A DNA stretch of 63,955 nucleotides, filler included. It is 8 parts of 8 records of this genome, joined end to end, with 100 filler letters (N's around TTAATTAATTAA, not from the genome) between each part and the next. Parts side by side here need not be neighbours in the genome. Positions count along the whole stretch, not along the records: positions 5,805 to 11,879 come from SRR31147125_14417; positions 11,980 to 20,922 come from SRR31147125_14421; 6 more parts are not named here. One strand, given 5' to 3'. Both the position numbers and the translations under genes were made by a program. Below the pieces are notes generated by a model. That model ran no database searches, was not told the origin of the DNA, and worked only from the letters and a program-made list of their open reading frames with translations. This document shows, piece by piece, positions 8,706 to 18,977 of this stretch. Numbering within the stretch: the first letter of the stretch is position 1; every line of letters begins with the position of its first letter.

Positions 8706-10808
8706 ATGGCTAATAACGACGACAAACAAGGCTTTACACCCAGCAAAACCCCGGTTGGTCAATACTATCTCCTTGATAAAATTGCCCAGGGAGGCATGGC
8801 AGAGATTTATAAAGGACTCGCCTACGATCTTCACGGCTTAAAAAAGACTGTTGTTATCAAAAAGATCCTCCCTCAAATCGCTGCCGATCCAGAGTTTGTC
8901 CAGATGCTGATCAATGAAGCCAAGATCGCAGTTATGCTATCTCACGGAAACATAGCTCAGATACATGATCTCGGAAAAGTCGGTGAAGATTACTTCATGG
9001 TTATGGAATACGTCGACGGGAAAAGCCTTTCTCAGATTCATAAAAGAAGTCTAAAAAAGGGAAATCTTATACCTACTGAGTACGCATGCTACTTTATTGC
9101 CGAGGTTGCTAACGGCCTAAACTACATGCACAAAAGAAGCGATGCTCAAGGTAGAAATCTCGGCATTATCCACCGCGACATAAGCCCTCAGAATGTTATC
9201 GTATCCTACTCTGGAACAGTCAAAATCATCGATTTCGGCATTGCAAAAGCCGCTATTCAGATGGAAATAACAGACTCTGGCGTCTTGAAGGGGAAGTTTG
9301 CCTACATGTCACCTGAGCAAGCCAGAGGCGACATGATCGACCACAGGTCGGACATCTTCTCACTAGGCGTCATATTGCATGAAATCTTGACAGGCAAACG
9401 TCTGTTTAAGGGACAGAGCAAGAAAGAGACCCTCCAAAATGTCAGAAAAGCCTACGTTCCGGCCCCATCATCACTTAGAGCTGACCTCACTTCGGATATT
9501 GATAAGATTGTTAAAAAAGCCCTAAGCAAAGATCCTAAGAACAGGTATATGTGGGCTTCTGAGCTACACGATGACCTTATTAAATTTATCTATACAAATT
9601 TCCCAGACTTCAAACCCTCAACTATTACGGACTATGTTCGAAATCTATTTATTGAAGATATTGAGGAAAGAGAAGAACAAGAAGAAGACGCGCTAACTCC
9701 TTTTTTGATAATCGATCATACTCAGTCTGCTATTCTTCCTGAGCATCAGGAAAACACTGATATCATAAAGGTCCCTCCTCAACTTAAGGAATTCATGCTC
9801 GAAGAGCCAACACCTCTACCTGGAAAAGAAGAAGAGCTCGAAAAAGCCGAAGAGGAAGCTAAAGAAGAAAAAGAACCAAAAGAACCTTTTAATTTAAAGA
9901 ACTTCATTTCATCACATTGGAAGGGTTTAACAATTTCATTTTTCGCTGCTCTCATTTCACTCTTTGCAGCATTCACTTTTTTGGTAAACAACAACTATAT
10001 AAAAACGCCCTCTTTCTTAATGTTTCTGAAGTCCAAGACAAAACTAGTTGTTGATGTTAAGCCCCCGGATGCTCAAGTCTATTTTGGAGGAATTCTCCTG
10101 CAGGGCGACCCTCCGTTTAAGCTAAAAAACATCAAACATGGAGTCGATTACCAACTTATTATAGAAAAAGAGGGATTCATCCCTCAAACCAGACGCATCG
10201 TCCTTAAATCAGGTGAAAAGATGAGTCTAGAAATAAGCTTGAAGAAAGAACCTCCTCACTATGCAGAAATTTTGATCACTTCTTCACCTTCAGGAGCTTC
10301 AATATTTCTTGACGAAAAAGACACAAATCGAAAGACCCCAGCAGATCTTACAGGGCTTATTCCAGAGAAGATATACAGTGTTGGTCTCTTTTTAGATGAT
10401 CATATTTTTTGGAGTAGAGATGTAAGACTAAAAAGAGATGAAAGAAAATCGATAACAGCCGAGCTAGCTATAGATTATGCTGTACTCGATATCTCTTCAT
10501 ATCCGGCTGGCGCACAAATTACATTGAATGGGAAATTGGCGGGTAAAACCCCTTATAAAAACAAAAAAATGGATCCAAATGAACTTATAGATATCACTAT
10601 TATCAAACAGGGTTTCCATCCTTGGTCTGGAAAGATAAAAACAAAGGCCGGCAAAGCAAATGTTATCAGGGCAAGACTTGAGCGAACAAAGGAATATCTA
10701 AGACCTCATTACTTAAGAAACCTGGAGAAAGAGAAAACAAGACGGCTTGAAGAGCAAGAACCAGCCAATACAGATCCTGAAATAATGGCTCCGGCCCCTA
10801 TTCAGTAA
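8706..10808 (+). CDS. Hanks-type Ser/Thr protein kinase with TM and C-terminal PEGA domains
   Basis: IAQGGMAEIY, VIKK, IIHRDISPQN, DFG, YMSPEQARG and D.RSDIFSLG motifs, a TM at about aa 408-427, and three PEGA-like repeats (S.P.GA.I.L.G). Confidence 0.92.
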   Translation: MANNDDKQGFTPSKTPVGQYYLLDKIAQGGMAEIYKGLAYDLHGLKKTVVIKKILPQIAADPEFVQMLINEAKIAVMLSHGNIAQIHDLGKVGEDYFMVMEYVDGKSLSQIHKRSLKKGNLIPTEYACYFIAEVANGLNYMHKRSDAQGRNLGIIHRDISPQNVIVSYSGTVKIIDFGIAKAAIQMEITDSGVLKGKFAYMSPEQARGDMIDHRSDIFSLGVILHEILTGKRLFKGQSKKETLQNVRKAYVPAPSSLRADLTSDIDKIVKKALSKDPKNRYMWASELHDDLIKFIYTNFPDFKPSTITDYVRNLFIEDIEEREEQEEDALTPFLIIDHTQSAILPEHQENTDIIKVPPQLKEFMLEEPTPLPGKEEELEKAEEEAKEEKEPKEPFNLKNFISSHWKGLTISFFAALISLFAAFTFLVNNNYIKTPSFLMFLKSKTKLVVDVKPPDAQVYFGGILLQGDPPFKLKNIKHGVDYQLIIEKEGFIPQTRRIVLKSGEKMSLEISLKKEPPHYAEILITSSPSGASIFLDEKDTNRKTPADLTGLIPEKIYSVGLFLDDHIFWSRDVRLKRDERKSITAELAIDYAVLDISSYPAGAQITLNGKLAGKTPYKNKKMDPNELIDITIIKQGFHPWSGKIKTKAGKANVIRARLERTKEYLRPHYLRNLEKEKTRRLEEQEPANTDPEIMAPAPIQ

Positions 10809-10899
10809 ATCTTCTTGGATTGATATTTAACGTTCATGTTATTCTTGTTGAATTATAGAAATCGATTAGATATTATCGTTTTTTTAATTGGGGAAATTA

Positions 10900-11820
10900 A
10901 TGGCAAAAAAAGATAAAAAAGGCGATTTCGCGGATCAAACGATTGTTACATCAATTAGCAAAGTTGTTGGAATGCAGCAAAAGAGAGCCTATCTCTTCTT
11001 TCTAGCAGGTCCATTACTCGGCAAACTCTTTCCTCTTCAAGATGGAATAACAATTCTTGGTAGAAGTCCAGATATCGACATTGTGATTAATGACACCAGA
11101 ATCTCCAGACAACACGTCGAAATAACAGTTGATGGAGAAAATGTAACACTTAAAGATCTTGGAAGTACAAACGGGACCTTTGTAAACGGTGAGAGAATAA
11201 AGGAACATGTACTCAAGCAAGACGACAAAATTCAGATAAGTCCAGCTACCATCTTCAAATTCTCACTAGCAGATGAAGATGAAAAAATTGCATTCGATGA
11301 ACTATACGAACTCGGTGTTATTGACCCACTTACCAATACATATAATAAACGCTATTTTACAGATCGCTTAAAAGAAGAACTGAGTCACTCTAAGCGTTCT
11401 AATCTTGACTTATCCTTAATGATGATCGATATCGACTACTTCAAACAGGTCAACGACACATTTGGCCATCTAGCTGGAGACTACGTTTTAGGAAAGGTTT
11501 CAAAAATTCTTCAGGCAATGACCAGACACGAAGATATCGTAGCCCGTTACGGCGGTGAAGAATTTGCAATTGTTTTGAGAAGCACAAATGAGGCGGGAGC
11601 GATGCTCCTTGCTGACAGAATTAGACATACTGTTGAAACCACATCGATAAACTTTGAAGCAAAAAACATCAAATTCACAATCAGCGTAGGTGTCACATCT
11701 TTAAGTAAAGAAAATAATTACGACAACCTTGAAGAGATGATTGCTGATGCCGATAAAGGTCTCTACTACTCCAAAGAACACGGTAGAAACAAAACCACCC
11801 ACATCAATCAGATTAAATAG
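10900..11820 (+). CDS. FHA-GGDEF diguanylate cyclase (DgcB-like architecture)
   Basis: N-terminal tail with DQTIVT. FHA motifs LGRS, ISRQH, DLGSTNGTFVNG. GGDEF motifs DPLT...N, DID.FK.VND.FGH..GD, I-site RHED and active site GGEEF. Confidence 0.92.
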   Translation: MAKKDKKGDFADQTIVTSISKVVGMQQKRAYLFFLAGPLLGKLFPLQDGITILGRSPDIDIVINDTRISRQHVEITVDGENVTLKDLGSTNGTFVNGERIKEHVLKQDDKIQISPATIFKFSLADEDEKIAFDELYELGVIDPLTNTYNKRYFTDRLKEELSHSKRSNLDLSLMMIDIDYFKQVNDTFGHLAGDYVLGKVSKILQAMTRHEDIVARYGGEEFAIVLRSTNEAGAMLLADRIRHTVETTSINFEAKNIKFTISVGVTSLSKENNYDNLEEMIADADKGLYYSKEHGRNKTTHINQIK

Positions 11821-11849
11821 CTTTCTACAAGCAAGTCCGTTACCAAAAG

Positions 11850-11879
11850 TTGTCATCCTCGGACTTGATCCGAGGATCT
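11850..11879 (+). repeat. GTCA-type REP-like palindrome at contig end
   Basis: TTGTCATCCTCGGACTTGATCCGAGGATCT hairpin. Confidence 0.75.
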
Positions 11880-11979
11880 NNNNNNNNNNNNNNNNNNNNN
11901 NNNNNNNNNNNNNNNNNNNNNNNTTAATTAATTAANNNNNNNNNNNNNNNNNNNNNNNNNNNNNNNNNNNNNNNNNNNN
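11880..11979. other. Artificial contig linker
   Basis: N44-TTAATTAATTAA-N44. Confidence 0.99.
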
Positions 11980-12003
11980 CAACATATTTAACTTGACATG
12001 ACA

Positions 12004-12702
12004 CTAGAATCCTAAAGCCAAACTGACCCATAAAATGTTATCCAGATCATCATCAAGACCAATGGAATAGTTCCAGCTGATGGACAGGGATTCATTTATA
12101 GACTTGCTTGCTGATAAACCAATCATACTAACGGCATCTTCTTTAGGTAGTTCCAGAAAACGACTTGAATAGGTTCCAACACCATACATTACTCCCCAAT
12201 CAACACCTATCACGGGATAAGAAACTGACGTCTCCAGCCAGTAAGCAGATTCATTCAACTCACTATCTGTGCTACTTTGACCTGGGACAAAATAACCTGA
12301 CACACCCAACACACCATAACCTAAACTACCGTACAGTTCATACTCATAATCAGCGTCATCATTATAGCTGTCAAAATCATAAGTATAAACAACAGCACCA
12401 ATAGCGCTACTTAACGAACCGGTTGGTAAACTCAGCTCAATATAGGGATCGGATTCCAGCGAAGTACCACCATCAAAACTGACACTTGAATACCAAACAC
12501 CAAAAGAAAGCGCTTTATAAGCCGCACCAACAGTTCCCTGCAATTCAGCTTGCCCTGACTGACTAACACCTCTCCATACATAATTCGATACCACTGACAC
12601 ATCACCTGAAAATTCGAATTCCTGAGCATTAGCTGGCAGAGCTGTCATACCTAATAATCCAACAATAAATACTATAATAGAAATCCGTGTCATCTTTTTC
12701 AT
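12004..12702 (-). CDS. TorF/TIGR02001-family putative outer-membrane porin
   Basis: Signal peptide ending ANA-Q, V..VSNYVWRG.SQ motif, amphipathic beta strands, C-terminal Phe. ATG 12702 follows RBS AAAGGAG. Confidence 0.8.
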   Translation of the reverse strand: MKKMTRISIIVFIVGLLGMTALPANAQEFEFSGDVSVVSNYVWRGVSQSGQAELQGTVGAAYKALSFGVWYSSVSFDGGTSLESDPYIELSLPTGSLSSAIGAVVYTYDFDSYNDDADYEYELYGSLGYGVLGVSGYFVPGQSSTDSELNESAYWLETSVSYPVIGVDWGVMYGVGTYSSRFLELPKEDAVSMIGLSASKSINESLSISWNYSIGLDDDLDNILWVSLALGF

Positions 12703-12926
12703 AATTTGTACTCCTTTCAATCCAGAGAATAAATTCACTCCTTACTTCACCTGTGTTGTCCACCTGTTTACGTTTACGTTTTTCTGCATGCAATAATAAC
12801 AGAATAATAATAAGGAACTAAAATCATATTTCAGGTTGCGTTTTATTTTCTGGCCATCACAATCCATCTTTAGTTCATATCGTAATTCTATAGAAATGAC
12901 TTTTATACCCTGTCACCCCGACTTAG

Positions 12927-12941
12927 GCAAAGCGCGTGCCA
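12927..12941 (-). promoter_or_regulatory. Sigma54 -24/-12 promoter of the porin gene/operon
   Basis: TGGCACGCGCTTTGC on the minus strand, an exact TGGCAC-N5-TTGC match. Confidence 0.9.
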
Positions 12942-13071
12942 AAAACAGCTAACAAACGCCCCATTCAAAACAGTCCGCACATCCACCTTTTATTCATTGT
13001 TTTATTTAGACTTAAACGATTTGTATAAAATACAACTCGCTTTACAAGCTTTTACATAATTTTGTTTTTCC

Positions 13072-13115
13072 CTACATATTTGTAGTATATATTCAATACC
13101 ACAACATTATTGTAG
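13072..13115. promoter_or_regulatory. Candidate enhancer (UAS) pair 1
   Basis: CTACA-TATT-TGTAG (13072-13085) and CAACA-TTAT-TGTAG (13102-13115), 30 bp apart and 130-175 bp upstream of the sigma54 promoter. Confidence 0.7.
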
Positions 13116-13462
13116 GAATTATCATAAAATTTATTTTTTCAAGAAAAATAGCCGGAAATTCAGATCCTACTCCAACAAGAATAGCCATAAACAAATAAAT
13201 TGTGCTGCAAATAGTGTAAAATGATTTTCTTTCACTGATATCACAGGCAAATTTTAAACCGGAAAACAAATTAGTTTAAATATTGATTCTTCAAGCACCC
13301 CACCTCACCCATCCAACTCATTAAAAAACAAATATATTTATTTAGTTAGTTACAATTAATCAAACGCCCGAATTTTGATCCATAACAGATTTTCATTGAC
13401 CGCAAATTACGTATTTTTTTATACAGCCAAATAATTTCCACATAAATCTCTTTTATTTTTCC

Positions 13463-13506
13463 CAACAATTTTGTATAATAAATATCATTAAGATACATTT
13501 TTGTAG
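13463..13506. promoter_or_regulatory. Candidate operator pair 2 (autoregulatory)
   Basis: CAACA-ATTT-TGTAT (13463-13476) and ATACA-TTTT-TGTAG (13493-13506), again 30 bp apart, about 90 bp upstream of the activator start. Confidence 0.68.
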
Positions 13507-13596
13507 GATATGTGTAAAATAACAAACTTTCTTTTTATTCATAATGAACTTTTTTAGTGTATTTATCTGATTCGTAATACTGCAGGAGAGAACACC

Positions 13597-15162
13597 ATGG
13601 CACAAGCCACAACAATTCGGAGCACAAAATCTTCATCCGATAATATTATCCGAAAACTATCCATTTTGGTTGAAATAAACCAGGCTGTGAGCCGATCCTT
13701 AAATTTACAGGAATCCCTCAATGCCATTCTGCAAATCCTGGATAAATCCTATAACATCAAATCAGGAGCTGTCTTTTTAAATGACGAAGATCAGAAAGGT
13801 CTGGTCATGGCAGCCTCTATTGGTTATCGCCATGACACGGCAAAGAGAAACTATTCCATGGGAGAAGGCTTAACAGGCCGAATTGCTGAAACGGGTAAAC
13901 CCATTGTTGCGCCACAGGTCAGCAAAGAACCACTCTTTCTCAATCGCCTGAGCTCCTGGGATCCTCATAAAGATCGTGAACAGACTTTTGTAGGGACTCC
14001 AATCGTTATGGATTACAAAACATTAGGTGTATTAATTGTTAATCTGCCATACAGTTCAAAAAGAGATTATGATAGCACGTTAAAATTCCTGACACTGGTT
14101 GCATCCGCCCTGCTGCAACCCATCCAATTGCACCATCTGGTGACTGTTGAGCGTAAAAGAATGCTCGACGAAAAAGTGTTTATCAATGAAAAATTAAAAG
14201 AGGAATTTAGTTTTAAAAACATCATTGGTAATAGCAGCCAGATGAGAGAGGTCTATGAAAAAGTCGCCCAGGTAGCCAGAGCAAATACAACCGTTCTCAT
14301 TCGCGGTGAATCAGGTACCGGCAAAGAGTTAATTGCTCAGGCGATTCATTACAATTCCTTTAGAAATGAAAAACCCTTTATCCAGGTTAACTGTGCAGCC
14401 ATACCAGAAAGCCTGATAGAGTCGGAATTTTTCGGCCATGAAAAAGGTGCGTTTACAGGTGCCGTGACACGAAAAAAGGGACGATTCGAACTGGCTAATG
14501 GCGGTACCATTTTTCTGGATGAAATCGGTGATCTGTCACCAATGACACAGGTCAAATTATTACGGGTGCTACAGGAGCAGGAGTTTGAGCGAGTTGGCGG
14601 AACAGAAACCATAAAAGTGGATGTTCGCATTATTACAGCGACACATGCAAACCTTGAAGATGCCATCACAGATGGCCGATTCAGGGAAGACCTTTATTAC
14701 CGGTTAAATGTCTTTACCATTTTCCTCCCACCGTTGCGCGACAGAAAAACAGACATCGACTTACTTGCCGACCATTTCATGCTTAAATATGGCCGGCAGC
14801 ACAACAAGGCCATCCGGCGTATATCAACCCCTGCCATAGACATGCTAAATGCCTATCATTGGCCGGGAAATGTACGGGAACTGGAAAACTGCATAGAGCG
14901 GGCTGTGCTTGTCTGTGAGGATCAGGTTATACATAGTTACAATCTGCCGCCAACCTTACAAACCGCTGAAAGCAGTGACACCGCACCACGTCGCTCACTT
15001 GAAAAAGCAGTGGCCTATTATGAAAAAGAACTCATTCAGGATGCTCTAAAATCCAGCAATGGTAATCAGGCTAAAGCAGCACGGTTCCTGGGGACAAGCG
15101 AACGAATCATGGGCTATAAAATCAAAAAACATAGCATTGATGTAAACAGATTTAAACGATAA
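13597..15162 (+). CDS. NifA-like sigma54-dependent activator (GAF-AAA+-Fis HTH)
   Basis: N-terminal GAF (GEGLTG, EPLFLNR), GESGTGKE, ESEFFGHEKGAFTGA, FLDEIG, FREDLYYRLNV, WPGNVRELEN and HTH GNQAKAARFLG. Confidence 0.92.
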   Translation: MAQATTIRSTKSSSDNIIRKLSILVEINQAVSRSLNLQESLNAILQILDKSYNIKSGAVFLNDEDQKGLVMAASIGYRHDTAKRNYSMGEGLTGRIAETGKPIVAPQVSKEPLFLNRLSSWDPHKDREQTFVGTPIVMDYKTLGVLIVNLPYSSKRDYDSTLKFLTLVASALLQPIQLHHLVTVERKRMLDEKVFINEKLKEEFSFKNIIGNSSQMREVYEKVAQVARANTTVLIRGESGTGKELIAQAIHYNSFRNEKPFIQVNCAAIPESLIESEFFGHEKGAFTGAVTRKKGRFELANGGTIFLDEIGDLSPMTQVKLLRVLQEQEFERVGGTETIKVDVRIITATHANLEDAITDGRFREDLYYRLNVFTIFLPPLRDRKTDIDLLADHFMLKYGRQHNKAIRRISTPAIDMLNAYHWPGNVRELENCIERAVLVCEDQVIHSYNLPPTLQTAESSDTAPRRSLEKAVAYYEKELIQDALKSSNGNQAKAARFLGTSERIMGYKIKKHSIDVNRFKR

Positions 15163-15311
15163 ACAGGTAATTTATCTGTCGTTCCCGGTTTGAGCGCGCT
15201 ATAAAAGTCCTAATTCACTTATAGTAGCAACCGATATGAATATTTTTTTCGTAATATTTTCTTTTTATTATCCTGAGGTGAGCAGATCCCCGGATTTATA
15301 ACATGCCTGCA

Positions 15312-16882
15312 CTAATCATTATTTTGAGACAGTGCAGACACCATCCTTATGCGACGATAGAACTGATATTTTTTAAACCGCTGCCCCCTTGATTCGTCAT
15401 ACCATCGTCGTGGATGATCCCAGCGATACTCGTACACAAGTTCATATTGATCGGGCGACGGAACAAAGTCTTCTTTCAGGTCCCACAGGATATACCAGTC
15501 AATATCCTCATAATCATCAAAAATCCTGGCTGGTAAAACGTCCCGAAATGCCTGATTTTTCGGTAACGAATGATCAAGGATCCGACACCATCTCAACCAG
15601 GGAAAATAGAAAAACGCCAACTGACCCTGTGTATTTCTGACAAACGCGACATTTTCTGTGGGTTTTATATTTTTACGGATAAACTCAAACGCGCCATCTG
15701 TGGTTCGATTATCTTTGGCAAACTGATATGGCACGACTTTATCCAAAGTGGTTTCAGCAAAATTCATTTGATGATAGAATAACAGGACTAAAAGTACAAT
15801 CCATGCCGGAATTGGTCCGATAAACCGGTATAAACGCTCAAACACAATAATCATAAGCAAAATCGCAACAGGAATAATAAAAACATAATATCTGATAATG
15901 GCTCTTTCGCCGGTGATAAAAAGCGCCAATAAAGGAGTAACGATAAATACAGTTAATAAAAACCCCAACTGCCATTTCATTGAGGATGGAGTTCTGCTTT
16001 GCTTTAAAAAAACGAGAACCGAAGCCGGCACAATAAATCCCAAAGGCAAAATAAGCCGAACCCGCTTAAAAACGATCTGAACATTTTCCCAAAACAACAT
16101 CCATTCATTGCTGCTGGCACTTGACTGAGGCAAAAACTGTAAATGAACAAGCAAAAATTCCGGTATAATTGTTATAAGCAGCAGTATCGACATAATAATA
16201 AATCTGATGGTAACTTTACGATCCCTGATAACCAACATTAACAAGCCAACCGGAATCCACAAGGTCGCAAGGGAAAAATAATTGGAAAAATACAAACCCA
16301 AACCATATAGATAAAGTCGCAGGTAAAAACTCCAGCTATCTCCCCTGGTTCGATCTGCAAAATAGCTCATTATTTCATAAATAATCAACAGGGAAAAAAA
16401 TAAACCATACTATAATAACGCGCATGGCGAGCAAAGGTGAGATAATGAGATGAAATCAACGTAATAAAAGTTGTTAAATAAGCAATCCACTGCTGTTTAA
16501 ATATCTTTTTCGTGATAAAATACATCACCATAGCGGCCATAGCTGCAAACAGAGCAAATAATAACCTGGCTGTAAAAGTACTGACTCCAAACAGCTTGAA
16601 CGCGAGAGCACAAACGTAAAATTGCCCCCAGCTTTGCATCATGGGTATAAAATTCTCATCAAAATCATGTCCGTCAGCACCATGAACCATTAATTGTTGT
16701 CCATCCCATACTTTTGGAACCCATGAATTATTTTGAACCATGGCACGTGCCCAATTGGCTGTGCTGGCCTCATCACGCCATAACCTGGCCCCATCCAGTC
16801 GCCAAAAACAGGTCATGTAAACCAGGAGGCCAAGTAAAATCAAAACAACAGTTTTTTTCATATTACGGGAAGTGACAGACAA
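15312..16882 (-). CDS. ArnT/PMT-like (GT-C fold) membrane glycosyltransferase; one-base frameshift at A7 16394-16400
   Basis: LWRDEA, FGVSTFTARL and ARHARYY motifs. ORFs 16385-16882 and 15312-16388 join if one base is added (YFFSLLIIYE). Confidence 0.75.
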
Positions 16883-16883
16883 T

Positions 16884-17838
16884 CTATTTATTCTCCTCTA
16901 ACGATTCCTTTTTAAGTCTAACAAGAGTTCGAATTCCCAAAAAACTGATGGTACCAAGAACTTCAATCAACATCCAAAATATTCTCGAAAACACAGAAAC
17001 AAGGACAGCTGGAGATGAATGAATAAGACCAGAGAGAAAATACACCTGAATAGATTCCCTCACACCTATCCCACCCGGTGTAATAAATGAGACAAAACCA
17101 ATCACATAGGCGATAGAAAATATAGCAATAACATGAATTGCTGCCTCGAAAGATATCTGCGCAAACGCATTTATAAGAATGTAATTAGCTACTCCAAATA
17201 ATCCCCAATTCAATACATAAATACAGAGCAACAAAACCAATGAACTATATCGAATCCGCAAAGGTTGCTTTGCTGAACCTGTTTTTTTGCCAAAAAGCCG
17301 ATGCCCCATTCCAATACTCGTGGATGAATGGCGACAAAAAAAGAAAAACCAAACCGACAATGAAAACCGGAGATGGAATAAATTGCGATATCTTTTCCAT
17401 TTCTACGCTATGACTACCCAAGATAAATGCCAGGGTTCCGGACAACAGCATCATTGCCAGTTCAATACAGGTCGCGACAAATGTATCAGAGTTGGAAATC
17501 CTTTTTCGGCCCAGATAAAACCTGCCCAAAATAAACCAGACTTTGCCGGGAATATATTTTATGGTTTGCGAGCCAAACCAGATACCAGCAGCAAAGGGAA
17601 TGGTTACATTTACCTTGAGCAGTCGTAAAATATACCACCAGTTAAATACCTTGGTCATAAAAAACAGAATATAGAGGATAAATGCTACAAGCAATAGTAC
17701 GAGTTTGGTGCTATTCCAAAATTCCTGACTCAACGTTGACAAACTTTCGGAAAAAGCAGAATAAAGGTAGAAAAAACATGCAGAAATAATGGATATCTTT
17801 AGAACGACAAACAGTATCTTTTTCAATTTCTTATTCAT
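16884..17838 (-). CDS. Lysylphosphatidylglycerol synthase TM / flippase-like protein; two homopolymer frameshifts
   Basis: KYIPGKVW and TPGGIGVRE motifs. Adding one base at A7 17336-17342 and one at T7 17282-17288 restores ...AIHPRVLEW...KKTGSAKQ and a 318-aa ORF. Confidence 0.72.
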
Positions 17839-18197
17839 AAATGTGAATACCTGATTCCCATTTGAGAAACGTTTAATCCCGCTACCAGAGTCTTACTATC
17901 TGCAAAAAGCGATTCAACTGAAAATTTAACTATTAAAGTAGCCAAAAGTTACCGGAAGAGCAAGAAAGTTTTTATGATCTGTCAGGATAATAACAAATTC
18001 CATATCCGAAAAATATAATCACTATTTCGTGACAAAAACTTTGAGTCACATCTAACCGTCAGCAAATCAACCAGGAATATTTAAATCACCGCTGTGTTAA
18101 AACTAGCGATTGGGGATAAAAATAATGAATGATTAAATCCGCAATTTAATGGACGTGGATACCTTTCAACTCTCATCAATTCAAACAGGAGATAAAA

Positions 18198-18776
18198 ATG
18201 AACTATCAAATATTACTTTTTCTTTTTGTGGCTATTTTTGCGCGAGGAGCTTTTTCCGGGTTACCTGAAAAAAATCACAAATCTACATCCGTATTGGATT
18301 ATACACTAAAATCAATTGACGGACAGGATGTTGACTTGCAAGATTTTCACGGCAAGGTCGTAATGATTGTTAATGTCGCCAGTAAATGCGGTTTAACATC
18401 ACAGTATAAGGCGCTTCAAACTATTTATGAAAAATATTCCAAAAAAGGATTTGTGATTTTAGGTTTTCCAGCTAACAATTTCTTCAGGCAGGAACCCGGA
18501 ACAAACAGTGACATAAAATTATTTTGTACGACAAATTATGGTGTTACATTCCCCATGTTTTCAAAAATTTCCATCAAAGGAAAGGACAAACATCCTCTTT
18601 ATATTTATTTAACAGAAAAACAAACAAATCCACATTTTGCCGGAGAAATCAAATGGAATTTCACAAAATTCTTAATCGGTAAAGATGGAAATGTTCTCTC
18701 TCGATTCGAGCCGCGAACCAAACCTGACAGTAAAAATGTTATGTCAGCTATTGAAAAAGCTCTATTCAGTTCCTGA
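18198..18776 (+). CDS. Glutathione peroxidase family protein (Cys type) with signal peptide
   Basis: VNVASKCGLT.QY, GFPANNF..QEPG and WNFTKFL motifs. Confidence 0.92.
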   Translation: MNYQILLFLFVAIFARGAFSGLPEKNHKSTSVLDYTLKSIDGQDVDLQDFHGKVVMIVNVASKCGLTSQYKALQTIYEKYSKKGFVILGFPANNFFRQEPGTNSDIKLFCTTNYGVTFPMFSKISIKGKDKHPLYIYLTEKQTNPHFAGEIKWNFTKFLIGKDGNVLSRFEPRTKPDSKNVMSAIEKALFSS

Positions 18777-18785
18777 CCTTTCCCT

Positions 18786-18831
18786 CAGCAAAAAGTCTTG
18801 TGCACCTGAGACAGCACAAGACTTTTTGCTG
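18786..18831. terminator. Perfect 18-bp inverted repeat after gpx
   Basis: CAGCAAAAAGTCTTGTGC-N10-GCACAAGACTTTTTGCTG. Confidence 0.65.
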
Positions 18832-18977
18832 TCTCAAATCCACGCCCTCAACACGTCAAAATAATTTATATCATGATCTGAATACTTTAAACATTGCATC
18901 TGACGGTGAGTTTAATTATGTTATATTATTAAAACGTAAACATCTTTCATATTCTATTTTATCAAGATATTATCCCT

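Noticed and set aside
12742-12867. Leader peptide (about 41 aa) in the porin 5' UTR
   Set aside because: No clear RBS and no telling amino-acid bias, so it cannot be supported from sequence alone.
13597-15162. Calling the gene nifA and inferring nitrogen fixation
   Set aside because: No nif genes are on the contig and I found no canonical TGT-N10-ACA site upstream of the sigma54 promoter.
18198-18776. Selenocysteine-containing glutathione peroxidase
   Set aside because: The active-site codon is TGC (Cys) and there is no in-frame TGA.
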